NCBI GenBank assembly: GCA_977016875.1 | Contig: CDRNST010000188.1 | Coordinates: 2,604,001 to 2,668,000 of the forward strand | Reading direction: 5' to 3' | Origin: Pavona decussata | Lineage: Eukaryota | DNA length: 64,000 nt | Position numbers and translations under genes: made by a program | Notes under the pieces: model-generated | Databases searched by the model: none | The model's input: only the letters and a program-made list of their open reading frames with translations | What the model was told of the DNA's origin: nothing | In this document: one piece after another, positions 37,561 through 50,012 of the stretch | Layout: every line of letters begins with the position of its first letter | Position numbering within the stretch: position 1 is the stretch's first letter

Positions 37561-38083
37561 TAACCCTATCTAGACCGTTAAAGAGTGGGGGAAGGAGGGA
37601 GAGGGTTGATTCTGCCCGCGGCGGCTTTAAACCTGAATGACTTTTTCAGTAGTGTTTGCGCTTACATCATAATACTAAGGGGATTTTTAAACAATTTATC
37701 TGGGAACAATTTAATGTGGTCGGCTAGTGTTCATTGACTGATGTTACCATGGCTATCAATTTTGACAGGCCGGTATTTTAGAAAATGAAAATCCCATTCT
37801 CAAATGACGAAAAATTACTTTTCGTACGGTGACTGTTTAATTTTTAGCACATATTAGTGTTGCTGTAGTAGTTTTGATTACTTTTCGGGCAATTTAGGGC
37901 TTTCCTGAAGTTTTGGGGAAATCCAGAAATCCAAGATGGCGGATTCAAGATGGCCACCATCATTTATCACGTGTCATTGACATAGCCTTAATATTCGCGA
38001 AGTCGGGGGAAATGGGGGGGGGGGGGGGGGGGAGGTTTCGGAATCCCCGTTCCCCGTTTCCCAGCCCGGTCTAGATAGGGTTG
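37561..38083. mobile_element. piggyBac-like MITE (TTAA-CCC ends)
   Basis: ttaaccctatctagaccg ... cggtctagatagggttga. Related copies lie near 35854-36060, 42168-42860 and 53030-53986. Confidence 0.7.
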
Positions 38084-38751
38084 AGAACGGTGTACTATGG
38101 TTCCATGTAATTTTTAACACTGCTCGGTTGGATTCAGTTTCCAGTGATCAACCACAGCAGGCCACGAACCGATTTGAATCTCCTCTCCCACCACAGAACT
38201 CAATTTTGCATTGAACCCTCAAACATATTAGTAACAATGGCTCCTCTATTCCTCTGACATAAGTATCGTCAGCTCGCATTATGTTCAGTAGCGACGGAAA
38301 CTGTCTGCGCAAACAGGCGGAAATAGTATAGAAGACTTGACTTTGTTAGCTCTTTGTTGGGAAAAAAGAGTAACGAAAAACGTAAAAAAACGAAACAATA
38401 TTCAAAAATTTTTTTTTTTTTTTGGTGGGGGGGGTGGGGGGGGGGGGGCTAGGCAAGTCCTCCTCGTAGGATAATTGCAAATGGCGTGATAGCTATTCCC
38501 ACAAATTTATCACTGATTTCCCCACCATTCCCCCAAAAACCAACGCGAAATGATCGCCCAGTTATTTAATATATTGCATTAGATAACGAAAACGTGTGAG
38601 CGATGGAAAACTGCCTGTTAAAAACAAAATGTCTATCACCGTCTCTGTAAGGCAAAAGAGCCCACCATGAACATTTCACAGGGTAAAAATGAGCTTACCA
38701 ATTATCCTACATACAGCAAATAAACACAAGTCAATAGTTCTCACCACGAAG

Positions 38752-39330
38752 CTATGCATTATTGAAGGTAGTTCCAAGTTCCTTTTGAAGTTGTAGACAT
38801 TTCGATCTGTAGTAATCTCTTTGCTTGAGAACCTTTTCTAGCTCCACTTTTGTAGTAGATACCTCCTGCTCCAAGGTCACATTTTCTTCCGCCATTTTAG
38901 CTTTTTTCTCGGTGCATTTCAATCGACATTTTAAAGCATATTTGCGATTCTTGAGAATTCGTCTCCTTTTCTTGATCTTTTCAGCTTGTGATTTTGAAAT
39001 GCCTTGAATATGGTTGTTGAGCTCTTTAGTGGTCATCTTTTCCAGTTTCTTGTCGCTCAAAGCAGGAAAACATTCTGAATCAGAGAGATGGCAAGTCTTG
39101 TTATGACATCGTTTGGACGCTGACTTTCGCTTTGGTTTGCTTCCGGCTTTTATGCGCGACAGTACATTTTTCTTGAATTTACCAAGGTCTTTCAGAGTCT
39201 CCGAGCCTTTAACATTTTTTTCGTCAAACAGTCGCAAGGTGTTATCGAACGACAGCGAAGGACTAGTATGTACTGGGAAGTTGAGAGGTAGATCCTCTTC
39301 TGTAGAGAAAATATAATCATCACACGCCAT
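38752..39330 (-). CDS. Maf-family bZIP transcription factor 1 (about 192 aa, single coding exon)
   Basis: LSDKKLEKMTTKELN..GISK.....IKKRRRILKNRKYALKCR is a Maf extended-homology region plus basic region with the diagnostic Tyr, followed by a leucine zipper. The likely start is MACDD at 39330; the ORF stays open to 39462. Confidence 0.88.
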   Translation of the reverse strand: MACDDYIFSTEEDLPLNFPVHTSPSLSFDNTLRLFDEKNVKGSETLKDLGKFKKNVLSRIKAGSKPKRKSASKRCHNKTCHLSDSECFPALSDKKLEKMTTKELNNHIQGISKSQAEKIKKRRRILKNRKYALKCRLKCTEKKAKMAEENVTLEQEVSTTKVELEKVLKQRDYYRSKCLQLQKELGTTFNNA

Positions 39331-39360
39331 ATCTGAGAACCTTGCAGATGGTAATGTTTC

Positions 39361-39501
39361 GAAAGTGAAAGCTTTTCTTTGAATAATTAGGTCAAAGATC
39401 GCGGAGCTTTTGAAAAGGGGGAACCCCCACACTTTGAATTGAATGGATCCGTATGACGTCATTTTTCAAGATAAACGAGCCGCTGTTGTGTCTGACGTTA
39501 T
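39361..39501. promoter_or_regulatory. Candidate IRF, kB and CRE motif cluster upstream of Maf gene 1
   Basis: GAAAGTGAAAG at 39361-39371, GGGGGAACCCCC at 39417-39428, TGACGTCA at 39454-39461 and TGACGTTA near 39493. Confidence 0.45.
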
Positions 39502-40908
39502 AGAAAGGATATTAATATTAATGCTGTCATTGATAGCTCTACCCTTGTGAACTTCAGCAACAAGGCTTTTCGAAGTTTTTAAATATCTCAGAGTCATACA
39601 AATGTGTAACATGCTTTACTGCATGATATTGCACTTGGCGTCGATATTACTGACCCTTACTGTGCTACAACGAGAACTTCGAAATCTAAACGCACTGAAG
39701 CTTATAGCAAGTAGCTAGACTTCAGTCTATTAAACAGTACCTTATATGAATGAAGATGAGTGTTGGCGAACCACTCAAACATCGATCGAAGGGAGTTAAA
39801 GAATGAGAATTGTCGTTGCTTTTCGTATTTGAAAACGTAATGTATTTATGCGCCAAGAAAGCGAGGAGTCATTACTGCCAACAATCAACTCATCGAACTT
39901 CCTAATGGTGTTTGGAGATAATAGTATATCAATAAAAATACCACTGTACGATGGAGAGCGATAGAGGATTTTTGAGTGCAAGAAAAAACCGGCTTAAACG
40001 TTGATGCCTGAAGGAACAAAAGATTTAGGAACCCCATTTTGAGATATTTCGCTTCATGAAGTTAGAAACAGAAGCCTGGTTCCTCAGCGAAGTTGCGAGT
40101 AAGCACTTCTCCGCGTTTAATTCGTTTTAAGTTACATCACCGCTATCATTTGAGCTTGTTTCTTGAGTTTTAGGAATAATTTATTGATCTTAGGTACTAT
40201 TATTACTGAGCTTGCTAACCGCTAACCCTCCCCTCGTGGGTTTCCCTCAATTCCCGGCGGTCACGGGCGGTAATGTAGCCAGTGAGTTTCCTCCTTCTCA
40301 TCAGGATTTGATAGGCTTCATTGATAGACGTCTTACATAGCCAGGTGAAATTCGATTTCGAAGATCGCTTGGGAAATTGACAGCAACCTATATTTGTGGT
40401 TTCACTTTCCAGTGCCCGGGCGTGGCTCATACACCAGTTTCAGAGCTTCTCACTGATGACAAAACATGCGGTCTACATTTCTCATAACACTAAAGTTGGT
40501 GAAAGTATTGTATATTTTCTATAGCAATGAAAGTTTAAACGGCAAGACCTTCACGAAATAGCTACTAATGATAAGCATTAGCTACAACAAGCAATTGTTT
40601 GACAATTTATGCTTCTTTGCTTGATACCCTAGTGAAGCAGCTACTGTAGTAACGAAAGAGTCTCTCAGATAGTTCGCTGATGAAACAAAACTGTTATGAC
40701 TTCAAAGAAGTCCTTTGACGCAGTCTTGGCGATCTTATCTTAGCTAAGATAAACTAAAATGTACAGGGATTTCACAACAACCATGCAGAGCTTCGTTCAC
40801 AATTCATGGTAATCTGTTCCACTGTGGGTCTCCCTAAGAAACGTAGGTTGTACAGTATGCCGGAACGATTTGCCATAAAGTGGATCACACAAAATATAGT
40901 AGAATACT

Positions 40909-41478
40909 TTAAGAAGCAAAATGACCTGATTCCAGGGAGAAGTCTTTAGGCACCAAGTGTTCCAGCGTGAATTGGGCCCTTTTGCATTCAGATCGCAGCT
41001 GAAGGTATTTGCGCTTGTAGGTATCTCTCTCCTTTGTAATTTTTCCCAGTTTCTGTCTGTTTTCGTCCAGTTGCCTCCTTAGAATGTTAGTTTCGTTTAT
41101 AAGATCCTCCTGCAACTGCATTCGTCGCTTGCGGCAGGTCAAAGCGTAGCCTCTATTTTTCAGGTTACGTCGCCTTCGTCGTATCTTTGCAGCTTCATCG
41201 TGCGACATGCAGCGGAGAATTTTATTGAGCTCCTGAACTCGAAGATTCTTTATTTCTTCGTCGCGGATTTCTTCAATACACAGTGGAGTGCCTGGATTGG
41301 AAATGGTCTCTTCGTCAAAGCCCTCGTCGTCCTTCGCCCTTCCGTTGAAAAGATCTGTTACATCTTCGTTCGAATCATTTAAGAATTCACCAAACAGTAA
41401 ATTATCGCCTAACCATGGTGTATCGGCGATATTTACTTTTTCAAAGAAATCGTGATCATTTAAGAAATCATCATCCAT
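40909..41478 (-). CDS. Maf-family bZIP transcription factor 2 (about 189 aa, single coding exon)
   Basis: IRDEEIKNLRVQELNKILR...RRRRRNLKNRGYALTCR plus zipper, with an acidic N-terminus. A pyrimidine tract and CAG acceptor sit directly before the ATG at 41478. Confidence 0.9.
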   Translation of the reverse strand: MDDDFLNDHDFFEKVNIADTPWLGDNLLFGEFLNDSNEDVTDLFNGRAKDDEGFDEETISNPGTPLCIEEIRDEEIKNLRVQELNKILRCMSHDEAAKIRRRRRNLKNRGYALTCRKRRMQLQEDLINETNILRRQLDENRQKLGKITKERDTYKRKYLQLRSECKRAQFTLEHLVPKDFSLESGHFAS

Positions 41479-41606
41479 ACCTGTTTCGAGGAAAAGTAAC
41501 AAAGTAAAGCACCTTATAACACGCGTAGGTGTCGGAGAGTAGAAGAAGTGAATGTCTTTGATGGAAAACAATCCAAATTGCATTTAATCCGAGCTTAGCA
41601 ATGCAA

Positions 41607-41684
41607 GGGAAAAATCCCTTCCGACGGGGAAACCCCAGTAACCAAACACGCTGGATTATTGGATATTGGAACTCATTGACGTTA
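41607..41684. promoter_or_regulatory. Candidate paired kB sites and CRE-like site upstream of Maf gene 2
   Basis: GGGAAAAATCCC at 41607-41618, GGGGAAACCCC at 41626-41636 and TGACGTTA at 41677-41684. Confidence 0.45.
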
Positions 41685-42259
41685 TGTCACCTGTCCTTTT
41701 CTGAGAAATCAGCTGTCAAAACATGGCTTTGACGGCCTTTCAATTTCAAAATAGCACCTAGTAAGGTGAATTCCAAAAGGTTTTAATCCGCTTCTTTCCA
41801 CGGTCTTCGTCGTTACTTGTCATAAAGCTCTGAAGTTTCATGGTGCTTGCACAAATATATTAAAAATATTATTGAGATGCAAAGTCGCCGCGGGCAGAAT
41901 TCCCCCGCCCCCCTCCCCCTCTGGTTGTGTCTCGAGGCAAAGATGAGTGGAACCTGCCCTAATAAAGCCTGATTATAAGGCTTTTCTAAGACGAAGGGGG
42001 AGGGGAGGGAAGAAAAGGAGTTCATACCCCGCTCAGCCCCTCGAAATGCGGCCTGTCCCGAAAACGACTGGTAGTTACATTAAACAGAAACTTTTAGGCA
42101 AACCGAAGACTACTACAAAGTTCAATAAGGTGACCCAAAGATAGACTTCCACAAGATAAACTTCAATTTAACCTAGACCGGGGGAGGGGGTGGGGTGGGG
42201 GCGGAATCTGCCCAGCGACTTTGCACCTTAATAACTTATTTAATATTTGAGCAAATGCC

Positions 42260-42260
<1 letters not shown>

Positions 42261-42339
<79 letters not shown>
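42261..42339. repeat. (AAT)n microsatellite, probably the tail of a retroelement 3' end at 42340-42560 (-)
   Basis: Read directly; it interrupts the MITE at 42168-42860. Confidence 0.9.
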
Positions 42340-43957
42340 CGAATATTTATACAGGATAACCCTTTAGTATAGAATACTGTTATCAACGGGGTCCTGTTGA
42401 CTAAGAATTAAAAACTTACAAATAAGAATAACTAAAATATGTAAAAGCAAAACATGCACTAATTTAGAACTACAGTAAAAATTTACAGGTAAAAATCGTC
42501 AAGGCTTTCCTGAATAAAAATGTTTCTCAAACTTAAACGCAAAGAATTAAATATCAAGGCACGATGAAACTTCAGAACTTTATCAGAAATTTATCTGGGA
42601 ATAATTTCTTCATGTGGTCGGTTTGTGTTTGCGTTGACTGTAACGTTACCATGGCATGTTTTATAGGCAGTTTTTTCAGAAAATGAAAAATCTCTTTTTA
42701 AAATGAAGAAAAATTACGTTAATTGTCACGTCACATGACGTCATCAATTACCGCTGTGGACCTCAAATGAAACATGATTGAACGTACTATCAATAATCAA
42801 GTCTCACTGTCATAACTTTGATGGTTGTGAAGTTATGTAGGGGGTCGGAATCCGGGTCGGATATCTGACTTAATTTTACAACAGCATCTTTATTACCACT
42901 TTGAAACTTTCGATAGTGTGTTCGGAAACATAGCATAAGGAACTAACTTAAGTTTTATTGACACACAAGGGCAACTGGGGGTAAAGTCATTTAGAGCCAA
43001 AAAAAAAAAAAAATTAGCAAGGCGTATAGAAAGCATTAATAACTACACCGAAAAACATCTTTTAAACATAAAATATGTATCACCAAGAAACGAATGACAG
43101 ATTATGTTGGTTTATTTATTTATCATATTTTCTCTGAGTCATAAGTTAAGAATATTGTCCTATTCTGTACATTTACTGTAATTTCCATCTTATTCTTGCT
43201 TTTTCTTTCCATATAATATTTTAAGGTTTTTTATCTATCTACCTTTAATTTGCCTCCATCAAAATTGATGATTCTTGCAAATCGGTCAGCGGTAATAAAA
43301 CATCCTGAGTTATTGATTCTTTAGCTTGCTGCATAGGATGAGTCAAAAATTGTATAATTTAGCACTATTTTTAGGGTAAAAAAATTATAATCTAGCACTC
43401 CTTGCATTTACGCTAAGTATTGGAGCTGTATATCCCATGCATCAGGAATTTAGCAGTAAACAACACGTATACATGTTTAGCCTTGACTGTGTGGTGAGAG
43501 AAGGGCTCGTATTGGAGTCCACTTTGTTCAGATTTCATCACCTCTCCGTCAACTATGTATCTCAACAACATCTCTATACATCTGTAGACAACAGTTGGTG
43601 CGTTTTTAATTCGAGAAGAACAAGTTCTCTTCATTCCTTTGTAATGGATAGCAAATCAGACAGTGGTTGAAGCGAGTAACAGAAAAGTTAAGTAAAGGAA
43701 GTAAGATTCATTTAAAATTCAAAGGCCTTTATCATGATGATTTTCCCCCTTTGGGTTCAAAACTGGGCTAGTATTAAAAGATAGTACCTTTCCTCGTAAC
43801 CAACATGCTTCTACACCACCAAATTAGCTGATGCTATTCCGATGTTTCCTGACTACTCATAAAGAATCTAATAAAGTATTTTTCCACAAATTTTACACAT
43901 TGTCTTTGGTTTTCTTCTGATTAGTGGACTGTCATTTGTGCTTAAAGTAATACTAAT

Positions 43958-44410
43958 AATAGAGACATTTAGCACCAGGCTTTTCGGCAAAAACCTCAGA
44001 CGGCGAACGGCTAGAGATCACGTGACAAGGCTCTGGCGTTACGTTTTCGGGTTTCAAGGTGCGTTTTAAACGTGCAGAGGTAGGTTTTCACGTAAGTCAT
44101 TTACCCCAGCGATTTGTGTCGTTAGGTACTTTTCAATTTTCTGAAACGTAAAAATGTCAGATTTGTATGTAGCAAGTCTTTATGTTGATGTTTAGGTGTA
44201 AACTAACGCGAAAGAGCGAACATGGAGCTTTATGTTGCTGTATGAAAAACAGCACTACTGCTGTTCGCAAATTCAATATGGCGGCCACTTCAAGTGATCG
44301 GTGTAGCTAAAGCGGTAGACGCCATAAACGTCAAACGCCAAACGCCTAACCTGAAACTGCCGTTTCCAGTTTGCCGTGAACGCAAAACCCTGGTGCTAAA
44401 TTTTTCTAAT
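43958..44410. mobile_element. MITE with TIRs
   Basis: atagagacatttagcaccagg ... ccctggtgctaaatttttctaat. Confidence 0.7.
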
Positions 44411-44798
44411 AACTGCCCTCGACTTAGAAAGAACGCACTCCTAATGCAGATCAGACTCGAGATTGTATAGGACAACGTATGAATGCATCTTGGGAAACGT
44501 ATCTGGCGTTCCCCCCGGATATTTGAAGGGGCGGATGACATCATCGCCAACTTGGCAAAGGAGAGAGAGAGGCGGGGATCGAGATCATCGAACACACTAC
44601 CTAATCTTTGATTATTACTAGTACTAATAATAGGTGGCGTAGCCTCATTAACATAACAGCAAAAGCCAACGCTTTCTCGCTCAGATAGCACCTACACTGT
44701 AGACTTGATGCTGTAGACATAGAGGTAGGGGTTATTTAGAGAGATCTAATTATAAAGCAGGTTATTTTTTAATGCTCAACTCCAACACGCAGACTGCG

Positions 44799-46442
44799 TT
44801 ATACTGATGTAGAAGTATTTTGTTTGTTTTTCCTGTTGTAGTTTGTTACGGAAAGTCTTGTCAGCAAACACTTCCTCTCTGTATTGTTCCTGCTTTTATG
44901 GTTTCCGTTCCTTCGGGAATCCTTCATTTTGCTTTTCTAAATAACAAAATAAAATAGAAGATATAACCCAGAAGCCGTAAGGAAGCAGAAGCAAGCTTAT
45001 AGAGATACAATCATATGCCATTGTTTACCATGGTGTTTATTGTGGGTTCAGTTTAAAACCTGTGGGTCATGAAAAGTTTTCACTGTTCAAACTTTAGCTA
45101 GCCAGCATGACTTTACCACTTTCACTATACCATACCGCAAAAGATAGTTAACACTTTTGCGAATACAAATGATCTCCTTCACCAACAGACAAAGATGTCT
45201 CCGATTATTCAAGGTTTGTTTCTTACCTTTTCGTTTTTTAGGCTTGACTCAATAGAATAACGATTCTTTACTGCCTTGATTGATCCCCGCACCTGAAAGA
45301 ACAGCATACACATTAGCAGATCATTGTTCACACTAGTCGGTAATGACATGACCGGTGACACGAAACTAGCGCCATTGTTGCAATCTATGTCACTGAATAA
45401 ACAACCACCTTCAATTTTCATGTTAAAGTCGATATGAGAAAATTTACTGTGAATCATGTAAACGTGAACAGTAAATCTCACCTCGCTACTTCCAATACAT
45501 TGGAACAGAAAAATAAAAGCACCCTGTCAATGCAAAAATATATAATAAGGAACTGCACTGAATTTGAAAATTCATAACTTTTACTCTTCTCAATACAAGT
45601 ATTATTTTCTAATATAAAAGTTTCAAGCTTCAAAATTTCGAAATATTTTTGGCCAACCAGATGTCAAGGATATTTCGGCGAACTTTCTTTCCTTTCATAT
45701 GGTGAAGATCTTCCAACATTCAGGTAACAGAAGTCAATTTAATGTGAAATTTTGGCGAGGAAAAATAAAAAAAAAACTCCATTTCGACAATGAGAAATGG
45801 GAGCGTTGAACATGCCGTTAATGGAACATTAGCCGATCATCTCAATGATTTAGTCTTAACTCCAGCTGGCGTCGTGTAGTTTTTTGTGCATTGTGTAAGG
45901 TAGCATTGATTTATTGTGTAGCGTAGACAGTGTAGTGATTAACTGCGTGGTTTTTTTTTTTTTGTTTGTTTGTTTGTTTTTTTAACAAGTGAAACAGCTT
46001 CGGTAGTTGTTCTCGGGAGATTCAACTCTTTCCCATCTGTTTCTGACTAAATTATTAAAATGTATAAGTGAATTACATACCTGAAGGGAGGAAAGCACTA
46101 CAAAAGCGTACAGAAATGGACGGTTTTTTGTTACTACTGCCAGTAAACCAAAAACCCAGCACAGGCCAAGAAGCGGAAACAGCACTATCACTGTTTTGAG
46201 AGCGGCACTAGGAGAAAAAATCAATTTAAGGACGGTGCCTCCTAATACATATATATTTTTGCACAGTTTATGACTGTGCGGGAAAAGCAGATCTTAGCAT
46301 GGGCTACTGGAATCCAGAAAGAAAATTCGGGGTTGCGGGGCGTTTCTGAGAGATAAGTAAGCAACAATTATTCTATAAGGCAGTAAAATACAAAGCAATG
46401 TATGGCGGTTTTATTTTCTAAATTGAAGCTTTATTACCCCTG

Positions 46443-46485
<43 letters not shown>

Positions 46486-49400
46486 CACTTGCTAAGTTCT
46501 GCTTTCTCTGCATAGATTTAAACAGCGGTCCCGTATTAGTAGGCACCACCTATAGGAAACACGAGTGTCTCCAGATGCACAGAACGTATTCGCAGTAACA
46601 AAAGTAGGCACCATCATTAAGTTTCTTATTACACTCGTCTTGCCTATATATCTGCGGTTCATTTCACACAAAACGTTACTGGTAAAAAAAACATGTAAAT
46701 ATTGTTAGGAAAGGTCAATAATATTTCTGCCGGACACTGCTTTTCATCTGGATAAACTTTTTGCTGGGAACACAACACACATTTAATTTCAGCCGCGTCG
46801 AACATGGAATTCAAAGTCCAAAACGTTTGGTTTTTTGACATTCATCTCTCTGATTTTTTGCTAGTTTTCCTGGGTTCCGAATTAAATTCAATAGAACTGA
46901 AATATATGACATAAATTGGGCCCATGAAAGGAAACAAAGCAAAAACAAGAACAAAAGAAAACAAAAACAAAGAAGAGAAGCAATATTTTCACATTTCTAT
47001 GCTTCAAATTAAGAGAAAAAATGCAGCAAATCTATTCATAGAAAGATAACTTCCCTTTTTTTTTTCAATTATAAAAATTAACTCCACAAAAGTCCACATA
47101 ATACGTGCGTTATGCGACCTGCACCTACTGTGTAAACACCACAATTCATGATATATGAATGAGGTCAGCTTAGTATAGACAGTACAAAAGTGATCATGAG
47201 AAATAAAACACGTATCAATAATAAGCGAAAGGAATAATTATCATTTTTTTTTAATTTAGTGATGGATGGTTGTTATTCATGAAGATAATTAAAGCGAAGT
47301 ATTTCTCGCCATTTCACTCACGCGAATTTTTTGTTTTCCCTTGGTGTCAGCGGATTTCCCTTTAAAGAGACACGAACAACTACAACAGCTATCAAAACTG
47401 CAAGGTTGATCTAAAATGAAGAGAAACAAAAAGTAAATATAGCAATTTCATTCCATTGTGCTTTTCCTAATGGTCTTTATTGCATGGCTGAAAAGACCGG
47501 TAAAACGGATCTAATATTAAAGAGACCCAGCATACACCAAGTTACTTGTAAGAATCAAAAATAAAACCTAGCGATAGCTAAGTTGGTTTGTGTACCATTT
47601 ACCTAGGCATGATAGTGGTACAGTCCATTTCCACGAATCTGCTTCCGTTTATGAGTGAGTTGAAATTCAAATCAAAAATATAATTACTTTGGTGATCGTT
47701 TTAGTTGGCGACTTCAGAAAGCCATCTGGGTCTCAATGGAAGCGACTTTGTTTAAATACAAGCCTCTCTGCTTTTTATATGTAAACGAAAACTAGTTACC
47801 ATAAGAACGTCATAATCTACATATGAAAAGCAGTGAGGTTTGTATAAAAGAAAAAGAGTCACCCCAGCCTCGCTTACAATCCAGGGCCAGGTCACTAAGC
47901 CTGGCACAGCAACACAAGATTATCACAATGATTATCACGTGGACACCATTTCTTGGTATAAATTACGCATCCGACGCTTAGCCATCCTGCGTTTTTATTT
48001 GCATGTTCCCTATACCATAGAGTGTTAATTAATTTTATTAGTTCTTTATCCGGCCTTACCAAAGCTATGATTATGACAGGTGAAATGAATGCCCAAATGA
48101 AATCTCCTTCGAGACTCAGCCAGCATCTAGAAATTGAGACAGGAAAAGGTTAGAGCAACATGATACACAAATTTACACGGTTGTTGTTGCTGTTATTACT
48201 TTTTTTCAAGGTAAAAAATAAGGCGATAAAACATAGTGACTTCAAATTCTTTCCCTGGCACCATGTTCAACAATAAAAAGGTGATATGTTAATTATTGTT
48301 ATATAGGTCAAATACAGTTGCATGTAAGTTAAATTCTTTGAGAGCCAATGAAAAAAAGAAACAAAGAAACAAAGGTTTTCATATTTCATTGTAAACATCA
48401 GCTAGTTGTTTGGTATTACATTTTACTTAAATGCAGTGAATGTAATCCCTTACAAGTAGACTCCTTGAGTTAAAGACTCCAAGATGTATTATGTGCTGGA
48501 AATAAAACGTTCTACATATGCATGTTAGTGACTGATTAAACAGGAAGGATCCCTAGCCACCTAAACGTATAGTGTCTATTCAGTTATCCTAGAGAAGGCA
48601 AGGAAAAACAAAAAGGTTTTTCCTATTACTAACGACCAAAAGAATAGCTAAAACTCACAACAATTTAAACTGTGAGTTTTGCATTCACCAGGTAATCCAA
48701 TCAAACCATGTTGAAAAACCTAATGGTAATAAAGAAAATAAAAGATAAAACAAAGAAACCATACAAAAGCCTAAGTACATACAGTTCTGATCCGGTGTAT
48801 CCATTTAAGTGGACGCTCACTGATATTATCACTATGACAGCTGGTATTCCTGTCATAAAAACAGAAAACGATGATTAGCATAATTGCGTCTTAGAAGTGA
48901 ATATCCAGCGTATTGACTCATTTGTTTGTTTGCTTCTGATCCTCAAAAATTTAGTAAAACTGAAATGGCAACTAGGCAAAACAAACGAAAAACGTTTGAG
49001 ATATATATTTCGCTGTAATTTGGCCATTACATCATGGCTGACCATTTTTAGAGTATGAAGCTGCAATAACCATGGGAAGATTATTATTTCTTGTGTAAAC
49101 TACGGGCTCGTAAGTGGGGTGAAATCGTCCATACCCAACGTAACCTTTCCTATTCTGTGCAGGGAGAGGGAGAGTCCTGCCGAACTAGTTCATTTGTGGA
49201 CACAATGAATTCAGTATTGGCCGTTTTGAAGGGACTGGCCGTAGTTTACAGATTGTTCGAATTGCGTCATATCACAAAATTAACCCCATCACCAAAAAGA
49301 TCACATAGACATTAATAAGTTTACCTAGTTTGGTTATGTTTCATTGCGATGTAACCAGGCCGTCGCCTGTCAAAAGTCGCCCAAATCCATACAAAGTCTA

Positions 49401-49981
49401 ATTTTTCCAATTTTTGAAAGCCTATATACATGGAAAACCATACATGGTTGCAATTAAACGACAGGACCTCAAACTTGATAAACTGACTAATTTTAATGTG
49501 ATCTTTATTGTGATGGACTCCAATATCTGGTTAAATAAAAATTTCAAAACTCGTCCCCAGCAGGAGCCCAGTCTCCGTTTGAACTTTGGAACGGGCAATC
49601 CAGTTTATCGAGGCTGAATTTTTATTGTATTAAATAGTATTGAAGAAAACAAATAAGTTGAAACATACCCCATCCTAGTGCAAAGTAATGAAGCATTCGA
49701 ATACGTTGCGCACTGAACACGGAGACAATTTTCGTGAACAAGTGAAACGCTTCCATGCACATCCAGGAGAATGATGCTGTGAAAAAGTAGTGCAGCATAA
49801 TAGCTACAGCTATGCAGACATTCTAAAAAGGAAAATCAAAAGTAAAGTGAGTTCAGGCGTGTGGAGACGTTAGATTTTTGTAGACAAGTTATTTAAAAAG
49901 ATCACTCTTAGACGGGTTATCCAGACATTGGGTAATTCATTCGTTCGTTCGAATGTTCGTTCAATCGTTCGTTCGTTCGCT

Positions 49982-50012
<31 letters not shown>

